Source: Lingula anatina
Lineage: Eukaryota > Animalia > Brachiopoda
DNA: 64,000 bases
Reading direction: 5' to 3'
Assembly: GCA_051362555.1 (NCBI GenBank)
Contig: CM120641.1
Location: 33,362,401-33,426,400 of the forward strand
The notes beneath the pieces were generated by a model. The model was not told the DNA's origin. It did not search any database and worked only from the letters and a program-made list of their open reading frames with translations. Positions 11,066-22,900 of the stretch are shown in pieces. Numbering within the stretch: the stretch's first letter is position 1; every line of letters begins with the position of its first letter. The position numbers were made by a program, and so were the translations under genes.

Positions 11066-11085
11066 CAGTGTGTTAGGTGTGACAG
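11066..11085 (-). promoter_or_regulatory. Putative RNA docking site 1 (transcript CUGUCACACCUAACACACUG)
   Basis: Plus strand cagtgtgttaggtgtgacag, about 37 nt into the intron after the last constant exon. Reverse-complementary to motifs upstream of the alternative exons. Confidence 0.65.
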
Positions 11086-11122
11086 TCATTATTAACATCA
11101 AACACAATCAAATAGGACTTAC

Positions 11123-12618
11123 CTTTACCTGTTCTTGTCTTCTGGCTGTGGCTTGACCACTGTGCTGGACTGCTGTGTGCTGACCAGTGTGGTGCCCAGT
11201 GGATGAAGAACTGTGTCCTAATACAACGTGTTGCGAGGCTATTGCTTGTGACGCCATGGGAACACTGTGAATGTACGAAGATGACGGCTTATTAGCACTG
11301 TCACCTGTATTGTCATCAATAGCACCAGTTAAGTCTTCATAATCATCATCATCAGTTTCTACCTTCACTTCAACAATATCATGCCTAGACTCCTCTACAC
11401 TGACTTCCTCAGTCTGTTTTGTGTCCGAATGTGTTTGTTGTGTCAGTGCTGTGGTAGTTGTGCCTGATGTTAAACTTGGCAGTCTCTCTTCTTGGATAAT
11501 TCTTGGGAATTTCATTGCACCACTTGTGACAGTTTCAGCAGGCCTCTTCCTAGAAATATTTCTAAATAATCTCCGAGGAGAAGGCTCAGGAGTAGGTTGG
11601 TGGCCCTGTGTAACATTCGTTGCCATGGGAACTTGACTTACATAATGGTCTTGAGGGGTCACCTGGTCAGGTGGTTGACCACTGTCTGAGTGACTGCTCT
11701 CCAGTTCTGCATTTTGACTGCTGGTGACGTGGGCATCTGGAATAACAGCCTCATTCTCAGTCTCTGATCTTCCCTGAAACACTTTCAGTGCTTGCTCTAC
11801 TTCAGCCACAAAGTGTCCATCTTGGAAGGAGATTGACAGGTTAGAAAGCTCCAGTGAGATCACATTGTTCTGCTTACCACGCACCTCAATGCTGTGCTGA
11901 AACTCTCCTGGAAAGTTAATATACAGTTCTGTGTACTTGAAGAGGCTTGGAAAATTGATAATAATAATAATAATGCTAACACACATACATACATACATAC
12001 ATACATACATACATACATACATACATGTAAACAGGTAAAATGTTCACTAGATTATGTGCTTGAAGAAGTTAAAAACTGAACCATTAAAATCCAGAAATCT
12101 TAACTTTTTAGCCTGGACTAAATGACAACGAGTTACAAATTAGTTGAAGTAAAATTTAATCAAAAGTTAATAACAGCCACATCTGCTTCACAAAAAAATG
12201 ATAAAAGAAGTATGTACAACATTCTTAATAACCACTGGAAACAGCGTATAACCATGAAAACTTTTTTGTTATACAATATGATGTCATTTGAACTAAATAG
12301 AGGTTGCAGAGGAAATAAGTCATTTTATGAGCATCTGTCCAGGATTAGCGTCCAGTCTACAATGTCAAAAGGTACAAACTGTCAATGTCACACTAACTTC
12401 ACTAGGCCAATTACTGCAAATGTCTTATGTGTTCAATTAAATAAAAAGAAAAAAAGAACTGTCATATATTTTAATTCAGACCAAATATATTGTGACATTG
12501 CTTTCCTACCCTGACTGTTTGTTGCAATAAACTTGCAGAGTTGGCTCTCCCTCACACCAGCACATGTCTGAACTAGATCTGCAGGCAGGTTGATATCCAG
12601 CCTTGAAATCTTAAGCAT
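11123..12618 (-). CDS. Constant coding exons of an uncharacterised putative nuclear protein with alternative C-termini (gene A)
   Basis: Exon 12618-12510 (ATG; MLKISRLDINLPADLVQTCAGVRESQLCKFIATNSQ G|GTAGG, phase 1) splices in frame to exon 11907-11123 (ttccag|GA GAG TTT..., GEFQHSIEVRG...RRQEQVK|GTAAGT, phase 0; a second phase-0 donor lies at 11129). The product has an ordered ~85-aa N-terminus, then an S/T/Q/H-rich disordered region with a basic SRKRP and a SUMO-type VKVE followed by acidic residues. No family recognised. Confidence 0.75.
11956..12025. repeat. (ATA)n and (CATA)n microsatellites
   Basis: Direct reading; intronic. Confidence 0.9.
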
Positions 12619-13645
12619 CTTTATTTACTGCAATGATAAAATGTGGAAAAAGGTTAGCTTGATAAAATAAGAGTGGTGAAAAAATGCTGAAATGTGTTGC
12701 ATGTGAAGTTAAAATTTTAGGCCACAATTTAAAACATTTGAATGAATATAAGAATTTTGCAACTTAAACGAAAAATTATCCAACTGACACTTTCTTTTTT
12801 CATATCATTTATTATTAAACAGTACAGTCTTATTGCCATATTTAAGATGATGCTAATTAAAATTTTGACAAAGTTGACAATCCAATGTTCACATAAACAT
12901 GGAGTCTAGAGTAAAAAGACAAATGCATTTGACTCTGTTGGCACAATAACAACAATCATCATCATCATCAACAAAACTATAGTTGTCACAGGTAAAAATT
13001 AATTGTGATATCACCAAACTTAATTTCTTTCATATTATACATATTAACCACTATTTACGTGGTGCATTTGCTTTCAATAACGTTTAATTACATTACAAGA
13101 ACTGTGCCACGGAAAAATCCAGAATTGTGGTAGCATGATAATGCTGGCAGGCATTATCTGTTACACATATAATGAGTTCACAAATAAATAAATAAATAAA
13201 TAAATAAATAAACGAAAATCAATAGAATAACAACAATAAGGCCATGTGATAGAATATATAAGGGTTTTTCTTGGATTCTTTCTTCCTTCAAGTAAACAAC
13301 TATCCTTGGAAGTTAGAGGAATAAAAGATAAAAGCCAAATATGAAAAGACAACAAATGACAACTTCCACGCCATCCTTTCACAATCTATTTTCTTTAACT
13401 ATTTCATCAAGCATGAATGCAAAACCTATTTAAAACTACAACAACCAAACAAAATATCCTAGCTAGCTACCCTAGAAACGTTATATACAAGTTTAACACA
13501 CAAGGCACGCACACAAAAAGAAAATATGAACCCCAGACGGTGACCTACTTTATTTTAATGAATTGAAATAACATTTTAAGGAAGCCATTTAAAATTTGCA
13601 ACACTTCACTACGACCTAGAGTTATTGTAAAGATTATTTGCCTAC

Positions 13646-13800
13646 CTTTCCTTTTATCGGCGCTTCTTTGGTCGAATAAAACTTTTCCTTTTTTCATCGA
13701 CATAAATTAGGCATCTCTGAATGGAAGAAAGCGTATCCTCTACTCTAACTTTAGACCTTCCTTTTCTAAAGAGCATTTACGTCAGGAATTTCTGTTGCAG
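13646..13800 (-). other. Probable first (5' UTR/uORF) exon of gene A
   Basis: Donor AAAG|GTAGGC at 13646, in a region with more CpG than its flanks. The ATG at 13703 opens MSMKKGKVLFDQRSADKRK, which stops shortly after splicing to the acceptor at 12627, so it is likely a uORF. The 5' boundary is approximate. Confidence 0.45.
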
Positions 13801-15001
13801 ACGTCTTGACTCAACACTCGACTTACAAATTTTTACAGTGTGAAGAATGAGAGTAATTAAAATACGTTACGACTGTCAAAAAATTTATAAGGCACAGTTT
13901 TCAGATGGTAAAAGAAAGGGTTATGCACAATTATAGTATTTTATAAACGGCGGTGTTTGCTGCACGTTGTTGTTCTGACCTTCCACCAAGTTTTTATTTC
14001 ATGATTGAAATCGTTTAGCCAAGGGTTTGTTTATCCTACTCATTCTTGAGATTATGTCCAACCTCGGTTATTAAAAAAACAACAACAACAAACAATAAAA
14101 AAACTGCGTTTTGCCCCCCCCCCACCCCACCCCAAGATTGTGATGATCCTCTACATGTACAGTGCATAATGCCAGTACAGTACGTTAACGTGTAAATAGG
14201 CATACTGATAAAGTTATTATATATATTACTATGATTATAATTATTATTAGGGGATTAAACTCATTATATTTATCAATTATACCAATTTTCATGAAAACAC
14301 TCAAAATATTGAGAAAATACCATGAAGAGGTACGTGTTGTCAGTGGTCTACAAGATTTGTGATAGGCAGTCAGATTACACAAGAATACATTCATTTTTTT
14401 AATGATCAAGCAAAAAACAAAGAAAATACTTTGACATTTCACTGAAATCTTTATATGAACCCCTGACACAAATATTGTATCATTTTCTTAGCATCAGCTT
14501 GTAGAAGCCTATATTTTGTACATTTTAAAACAATATACAAGTATATGTATTTATGTACAAGTATTTATGATATTTGCACGATATGAGCAGTATGTACATA
14601 TGAAAATGAATTTGATGATATAAAAATTGTGTTTGTCTTGCTACCTTTTACATAGTCTAATAAATTCTTACGCATTTTTAAAAAGATATATAATCCCTAG
14701 GCTCTCATGTATATCACTTGGAAACATCTGTGTTTTAGCACAAGTTGAGAAATACAAATGGAGCAACAAAACAAAATACATTAGTTGTGTTTTCTTCTAG
14801 TCTTTGTACAGTTTATAAATTGTGAACATTTTTCTTCTATTCATTCTTTTCTTTTCAAATACAGTACATGTGTGTGTGGGTAAGATTCGTTGGCACCAAT
14901 GCATAAAATTATATAGGTAAGAGTTATGGTATGGTAAGGTATGAATGAGCTATGAAATAATGACAAGATATGCAAGAAATGTCTCTTTAAATGCTATCCT
15001 T

Positions 15002-15895
15002 TTATCCATATGTTACTGATCGCACTGTTCTGTAGTTCATGCTGTTCACAACTCTGAAAAGAAAAGGATGTAAATTTAGATAAAATCTTCATCTTCAAAA
15101 AACATACATTCTACAAACAATTAAGATCCCATGTTTATAAATTTTATATTAGAACCTCTAAATTATGGTAAAATTTCTTGCAAGACTTGGAACCAATATT
15201 AACAAGGTTATGATTATAGTAATGGTTATCATCATTTCAATGATAACAATAATAACAATATTTAGCAAAGAAAGTTTATTTAGTGACATAAATATATACT
15301 TATTTCAAAAGAATCACTTACTTTGTAACATTCTGGTCTAAGATGGAAGAGATAGGAGCGGTCTTTGGCCCTGTAGATGGGACAAATATTTTTCCTGTTT
15401 TGTTGACTACATGAACTGGCCTCTTGTACTTTATGCCATATGGATCTTGACTATGTGAGGGGTATGGGTCAAAGGTACCGGCTTTGGATCCTCCAGCCTA
15501 GAAATTATTTATATAATTATTTCACAATCAATTTTACATGCTTGTCCATTACGTATTTTCAATCAATATAATATTATAATATATATAATTATTATATAGA
15601 CATTTCTCAAATATTCCCTGTAGCTATTTATTGGGATATTCATCAATGTGCCTTTTTTTCAGCTACTTAAACGTGAGGTTCCGTTTTGTGACAATTATCT
15701 AATCATGCTGGGTGTAACATTGTTTTTGGTGCATGGCAGACTGATTGTTGTGTTGTATTGTGTTGTGTCATCACAGTTACCACATTTCGGAACTGAAATT
15801 TGGGACAAGTCTTTAAACAATCAGAAATGTGGGAGGTTGAATACAGGATGCATAACATTTTAATTAAAAGGTAATGCTCTTTCATGTAGCCTAAG

Positions 15896-15939
<44 letters not shown>

Positions 15940-18802
15940 TACCTTCTTGGGTGGATTACTGGGCCTGAATGGTTTGACATCTGGGGGTTTCGATACTCCT
16001 TTCTTTGCTGGTGGCAAGGGCCTGTCTGACATGAAAGGATTACCATCAAAGTATGCTTTTGGATGCATGTTCAATCTGAATGCACCTCCTTTTAGTGCTT
16101 TCCTGTGTGCTTCATTCTCACGCTGTAAGAAAAAAAATAATAATGATGATCATGTCACAACAGAATAAAAAAAAGCTATGAATGAGTTTTTAAAAAAGTA
16201 TGTTAATTTAATCAAAATGTTTAAGAGAACAAACAAACAAACAAAAAAAAATGAAATTTAGCAAATATTGAGACCAAGTTTCATTTTCTAACATCGAAGA
16301 TAAAATAGAAATGCAATTATTTAATGTGAATATAATATTGAATTCGTTGTTTTTAAGTTATTTCCAAAAATTATTAAAAATTAATGAGGTATTAGTATGT
16401 TAGTGCAATTAGAATAATTATTAGCAAAAAAAAAAGAAAAAAAATTGTTGTGAAAAGTGAACAGGACTCCTTTAAAAAACATTCACACAATACTTGCAAA
16501 GTGGGGAAAAAAGAAAATTCAAAAGTAAGCCACACCTTTTGCAAAATTTTTCCTTTTTCATATTGTTCCGTTGAGTACTTAGGATAGTCCCCAATTGTTA
16601 CACTGATAAAACTGCAAAATTAAATAATACGACAAAGTGCATAAGACCACTCGTGAATGCGATAGACGAGACAAGCACTGAATTTTGTATTATCTTCAAG
16701 CCACTGTCATCACAATACAGCAACATGCATCTGAAATCAAAGTTAGTTTGCAGGTGATAGGGAGTTGTTTTTTTAATGAGTTTAAGTTGTAAATTCACAA
16801 TTTTTCAAATTATATACTAAACCACCTGTCACCTGACAAATATTAGTAGATTAATAAGTGTGCATATGTATGAAGTGCAGTGCAATTGGTGATCACCATC
16901 AAACCCAGTGTCTACCTTGGAGATCTCTTTTGTCTTGTCATATTCATTGCCCTTGTATTCAGGATATTTTGATATTGTCACACTTAAATATCTGAAATAC
17001 ACAATTTATGATATAGTACCCACAGTAGAGAATGTAGATACATGTATACATAAATAACAATTTCTTTTTTCGTTGCAGACAAGCATTTAACATATTGCTT
17101 TCTTTTAGGTGCTATCTGGAATAAAGAACAAAATGGACAAAGCCATTCACTATTCATAAATCGTTATCTATAGATACAAAACAAGAACAAGCAGTGAAAA
17201 TCTTATGTTTTGTTAGCTTGCAGTCATAACAAATTTTTGTTGTTTGTATCTGTAGAACTTCTCACTGTATTATACAAATACCAAGCAGATTAACCTCTTC
17301 AGTTTGTCTAAACATGATTATAAGTAAAAATTAATTCCACTGATCTATATATTATCTAACTCCTCAAAAAAACATTTTTAGCTTCTTTCAATTCTTTAAC
17401 ACTGGTTGTGTTTGAAAACAAATTATTTAACATTTTTGAAATTAAATTGTATGTTTTCAAAAATGTGATATACTAATGTCAAGTCTGTCACTGATAATAT
17501 GAAACACTGAAATCAAGGCTTTTATGAAAAAAATTAATGAACCAAACACCTAATTAACAAACAGTCAGTATAGCAGTATAAATATAGGGCTTACCCATAG
17601 CCTGTCCCTTTTTTGGCTGGGTTAGTTGTAAAGTTCCTTCCTGGTGCTTTATATCCCTGTCTTGCTTTGGCTACAGGACTAAAAGCACTTACAGGACCAG
17701 CAAATGTACCATAATGGTTTCCAAGACCAGAACTGCAAAAGGACATACAAATAGTGATGAGTGCATCAATTAGCTTTTCATTATCTTCATTGATTTAACT
17801 TCTGTGGTGCAGCATTTTTCACAAATTATCTGTAGGCAGTAGTTATGAAAAATAAAATAAATGGGCAAGAAAATTCATATCTAAAATATACTTTCATAAA
17901 ATCCTTATTCATACCAAAATATTTCACATGGACATATATCTGGGTATATATGGACACATATCTGGGCAAAAATGATTGATGTCTCTGCTGTACTCCAATG
18001 AGAGGTAAAATTCCACATTTTAAATACTTTATCAGTACTGAAAATATACTTACGGCATTTTTTCACCGCTGCTTGGAATAAACTGTTTTCCAATATTCTT
18101 CTGCATTTCTTTAACTCTCCTTTGCCTCCTAATTTTAATGGGATCTGTGTATGCCTCTGATTCAAACACTCTGTTGAATTTTTCATGGAAATAGCCATGT
18201 TGCAATGCAGATCTTTCTTTTGAGCCACCAGGTAGCATTTGCTTTCCCTTTGAAGCAGAAACATTGAATTGGACTGGAAAATAAGGTTATATATTGTACA
18301 TATTCATAGAATCAATGGGAAATAAGCAAAACAGGTATTTCATGTTCCTATTTTGTCTTCTATTGGTCTTGTACATTTTATAGTAAAAAAAAAAAGTAAA
18401 AACACTGAACAACACATTTAGATGTATCAATTTACAAGTCACAGTTGTATGCACTGATAAGTGCAAAAAAAGTTGCGTAAGTACATATTTGATATGCTGA
18501 ATATTAAGGCTTATATAAGTAATGAAAATTAAGCTTCCCTTTAGGCCATCTATTCATCCATCTTCTTAATTTCTATTATCATGTTTGTAAGAAATAAAAA
18601 GGTTTTTAATGCTCATATTTGACCCACAAATCTAAATGGCTTTTAATATGTAGATGGCATTCATTGATTAACTGTTAAAGAAGTAATTTTAATTTGACTT
18701 ACTTTCTCCTGGTCGTCTATATCTGTCGCCTATGGTAGCGTATGACATCTCTTGAAACACTCCAATCCTCTCCATATCCGTCTTTCCTCCTTTTTCACCC
18801 AT
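15002..18802 (-). CDS. CFAP96: Cilia- and flagella-associated protein 96 (C4orf47/UPF0602 family)
   Basis: Exons 18802-18703 (MGEKGGKTDMERIGVFQEMSYATIGD), 18273-18054 (KQMLPGGSK...), 17732-17595 (GLGNHYGTF...TNPAKKGTGYG), 16991-16916 or 16611-16536, 16122-15943, 15497-15322 and 15053-15002. All are GT-AG with consistent phases, and the motifs match recalled human C4orf47. Confidence 0.9.
15897..15934. repeat. (CA)n microsatellite
   Basis: Direct reading; in a CFAP96 intron next to a donor site. Confidence 0.9.
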
Positions 18803-19160
18803 CTTGTCTTTTTTAAGTTTCCTCTAACAACCTTCCTAACTCAAAGTCTGAAACGTTTGTCTATCCTTTAGCTAACTTTTTGGCAAAGCAATCAAATGTT
18901 GTCTACCTAAAATGTTCTGCGTATTGGAGTAACCACACGCTCTTTGCACATAGTCTTACGCGAAATAACAATAACCTCCCTTTGTTGGGGTATCACCATG
19001 GAAATTATCCACAATGCACCGCTCAACAGGAAACTAGAAAGAAAAGCGGAAGTGAAGACCACAGCGACCTCTATCCCCGCCATTTTCAATCAGGACTGGG
19101 CAAGTGACCAGGCAGTGTACAAGTTAACCGAGTTAAGAATACCAGATAGAACCAAGGTGA
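18803..19160. promoter_or_regulatory. Bidirectional promoter region CFAP96/MRE11, with probable MRE11 non-coding first exon
   Basis: Divergent genes. The region is richer in CpG than its flanks and contains an ETS-like GCGGAAGT (~19046). A candidate donor CAAG|GTGAAA lies at ~19156 and an acceptor at ~19887, before the MRE11 ATG. Confidence 0.45.
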
Positions 19161-19912
19161 AATTGCGACTGATCTAAACAGCGAAAAATAAAAACAGTGC
19201 GATTTAAGTGTCTGATTTTAAGTCTCAGTTCATGATTGAATTTTAGCAACAAATGCAAACTAGCTGCAGTGCAGACTTGGTTTGGTTTTGCAAGTTGCAC
19301 TGCAGCTAGTTGCAGTTGGCAAATGAGAATTATAGGCTAAGGAGCATCCTTGATTTTGTTCTTTGAATCGTTTGGCATTTGTAAAGAGTGCTAATACGCC
19401 ATTTGGTTCCTGTATATATTTCTTTTTTTCTTTCTTAATTTTTTTCACTTGGCATAAAAATTTTTAAATGCATATTTTGGGCAGGGATAATAATTTCATT
19501 CTTAAAAGAGTTTGGCATGCAATGAACATCAGTACAGGCTATGCCTTGGAGAAAAGAAGGGAGGCTGGTTAAAGACTAGGGCATTATGGCAAGTTGTCTA
19601 ACAAGACAATCTGGTGAAAAAGAAATGGGAGCCTGACATTGAAATTGTTTAACCAGCATGCTCAAAGGGATTTCTAATTCATATCATCATAGAAAATGCA
19701 CTGTTCTTTTCTATTGCTTTGTTGTTACACATATAAATATCAAACAGGAAAGGTAACGCAATCAGCTTAAATCAGAGCCAGTTTGCTGTTAAGTTCACAA
19801 GGATTCATAAAAAATGATACAGTTCTTTAAATTCCTGAAATTTTAATTCCAGTATGGGTAACCTTCTTGATTTTATATCCGTTTTAGTTGTTGCAAAATA
19901 GCAGTGTCCATC

Positions 19913-22900
19913 ATGGCTGATGAAGATGAGGAAAACACAATGAACATTCTGATAGCTACAGACTGTCACTTAGGTTACATGGAAAGGGATGTGGTGCGTG
20001 GTAATGACTCTTTGGTAACCTTTGAGGAAATCTTGCAGAAGGCAAAAGAACTGGCTGTAGACTTCATTCTTCTTGGTGGAGATCTATTCCATGAGAATAA
20101 ACCGTCTCGGAAGACACTTCATGGGTGCTTGGAACTTTTAAGACAATATTGTATGGGAGATAAACCATGCCAGGTATGTTATGGAAGTTTGGTTGGTGTA
20201 AGGTCATTAAATTATAATTTATATTTTAGCCTAATGACTATTTTTTACCATATTGCCTTTGTTAAATTGGTGGAAAGTGATACATTGCTCTCCATTCTGA
20301 CTCATTTTAGACTTTTGGCAAAGTTTTGTTCATCTATAGAATGAGTTCAGTAAAGTTTACAGAGATAAGCTGGTTAATTAATTTTTTTCTTGTCAGGTGG
20401 AATTCTTGAGTGACCAAGCAGTGAACTTTGGTGAGAGCAGATTTCCAATTGTCAACTATGAAGATCCAAATTTCAATGTGGGAATTCCAGTATTTTCTAT
20501 TCATGGTAACCATGACGATCCTGCTGGCATGGGGAATTTGTGTGCACTTGACATTCTCAGTGTGGCAGGATTTGTGAACTATTTTGGTAAAACCACTTCT
20601 TTGGAGGAGATCAGTATTAGTCCTGTGCTGCTGCAGAAAGGGGCTACTAAGTTGGCCTTGTATGGACTTGGAGCTTTACGAGATGAGCGTCTTCACAGGA
20701 TGTTTGTGCGCAAAAAGGTCAGCATGCTCCGACCCACTGAAAGCAAAGAAGACTGGTTTAACCTGTTTGTATTACACCAAAATCGAGCCAAACATGGACC
20801 TACAAACTATATTCCTGAGCAATTTTTGGATGATTTCCTTGACTTGGTATTTTGGGGTCATGAGCATGAGTGCATTATTGAGCCTTGTCACAATCCTGTG
20901 CAAAATTTTTACATTACCCAACCAGGGAGCTCTATAGCTACCTCACTGAGTCAGGGGGAGTCTGTAAAGAAACACTGTGGGCTGCTGAAAATTAACAGAA
21001 GAAACTTTAAAATAACCAAAGTGGAACTGGAGACAGTGCGCCCGTTCTACATGGAGGATGTGGTATTAAGTGAGACTAGTCTGAACCCAGAGGAGCCAGA
21101 AGTTTCAAAACAAGTTGAGGCCTTCTGCTCAGAGAAAGTTGAAGCAATGATTGAGAGAGCTGGTAAGTGTGAGGGTCTGAAGATTTAAAAAGGAACAATT
21201 CAGAGAACATCAAAATGAGAATAAAGAATTTGCTATGAACATAAAACAAATAGTTTATCGTAGTGTTAGCTGGCAATATGAGAAAATATCTCTAACATAT
21301 TTGTGTGCTACACTGTACCATGTCTTTTATCATTATAACAGAGAGTGAGCACACTGGGAACCCAAGGCAGCCAGATAAGCCACTGATCAGACTGAGAGTG
21401 GATTACAGTGGAGGGTTTGACCTCTTCAGCACTGTCAGGTAAAAAGTTAGCTTTGTGAGATTTGATCTTGGTTATGGTCTGATCGTGTAATCCGAAATAT
21501 GTTTGTTTTGAGAAAATGTATCTTTATGTTGGTTTGAACACAAGCATGACATATTAGAATGGGAGGTAGTCTGGTGCAACCAGAGGAACAGGTTGTACAT
21601 AGACTGGGTTCCCATGCCTAGATCCATCCATCCGGCTTAAATGTCCGTCACGCGTACCAAATCAGCTAGGGGGTAAAGATAATTACCCTCTAACAGCTTT
21701 ACTAGGTGTGACAGCGTTTAAGCCAATTAGTTGATAGCAATTTAGTGAAACTCCCCAGGGAGATAGATCGATCCAAATATCGGTGGGAATGGTCCCATAG
21801 AAACCCTCATTGTCAATAAGCAATTTTATCAAGGTTCTTCCCAGAGAGCTGTCCAGTTGCCATTTTGACGGCCATTAGACTCAAGAAACGGCCTATGTTT
21901 CCCAAGATGGCTAGATGGCTTACAAGATTGTGGGTTGGTTGGTTGGGCTTGCTTTGGTTGGACTCCCTGTAAATTTATGACCAAAATACAGATTCACATT
22001 TTGGACTCCCTGTTCCCCAATCCTGGGAAAACCCCTGATTTTTCATGTTATGTTATTAGACCTGTTGACATCAGAAGCTATCAACTGTTTGTTGGTTCAA
22101 TTCTAGGTGAATGACCTAATTCATGTCTTTAATATAAATTATGACATAATTTTCCATTACAGCTATAGGATAAAACAGAGGAAGCTTGTAATCAGACTCA
22201 TTGTTGGCTATCATAGTATGAGAAAATCATCCTTGATTTTGTTATTTTAGGTTCAGTCAGAAATTTGTGGACAGGGTAGCAAATCCTCGTGACATCATCC
22301 ATTTTATGAGGAAAAAGCAGGTGGACAAGAAGGACTTTAAACCAGGTGGGATTTTTAAAGAAAAGGCTTGAGATTGACAAGACTGAGAATGCTAATTATG
22401 TTTTAGAATTTTATAGAATATGGGAACAGAAATATTAAATATTAACATAAATATTAACCACCTGACAAAGAAAATTGGGACATTTTGCTATTGGTTTTAA
22501 AGAAAAACTGGAGATTTTTTTTACAATTTATTCAATTTAATGATTTTACAACTTTTTATTATATTTACAGATGTATTCCTTGACAAGCAACTAAAGCCAG
22601 AGGCCTTAGACAGTGCAAGGGTAGAAGACATGGTGAAAGCTTACTTCTCAAATGTAGATGAGGTAAATCTAGAGATATAGAGCAGCCGTCCTCTGTCTAA
22701 CTAGTCAGAATGATAGTCATACATATTAGCAAAAGATGGGAGATAGTTCACAAGTGCATGTTGAGTTTGTTTCTCAGTCAGTTTCACCTCTTAGAGAGTT
22801 CTGAAAGTTTTACTCGATTTTTTGTGAAAGGTAACATCTGCAGTGAGTCTGTAGCTGAGATATGAATGTTAAATCAATACTAAATTAAATGTTTTGTTCA

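Noticed and set aside
395-11085. TCACACCT/AGGTGTGA read simply as clustered T-box transcription-factor sites
   Set aside because: The core matches the T-box half-site, but identity extends to 15-20 nt, and orientation and position track the splice sites. RNA pairing is therefore preferred, though the T-box reading is not formally excluded.
11908-12022. N-terminal part of ORF 11108-12022 (MYVCMYVC...)
   Set aside because: Microsatellite read-through in an intron; the real exon starts at acceptor 11907.
21703-21714. TAGGTGTGACAG inside a MITE as the origin of the docking motif
   Set aside because: Other MITE copies read taggcgggac at this position and lack the GTGTT flank; the match is probably chance or CpG decay.
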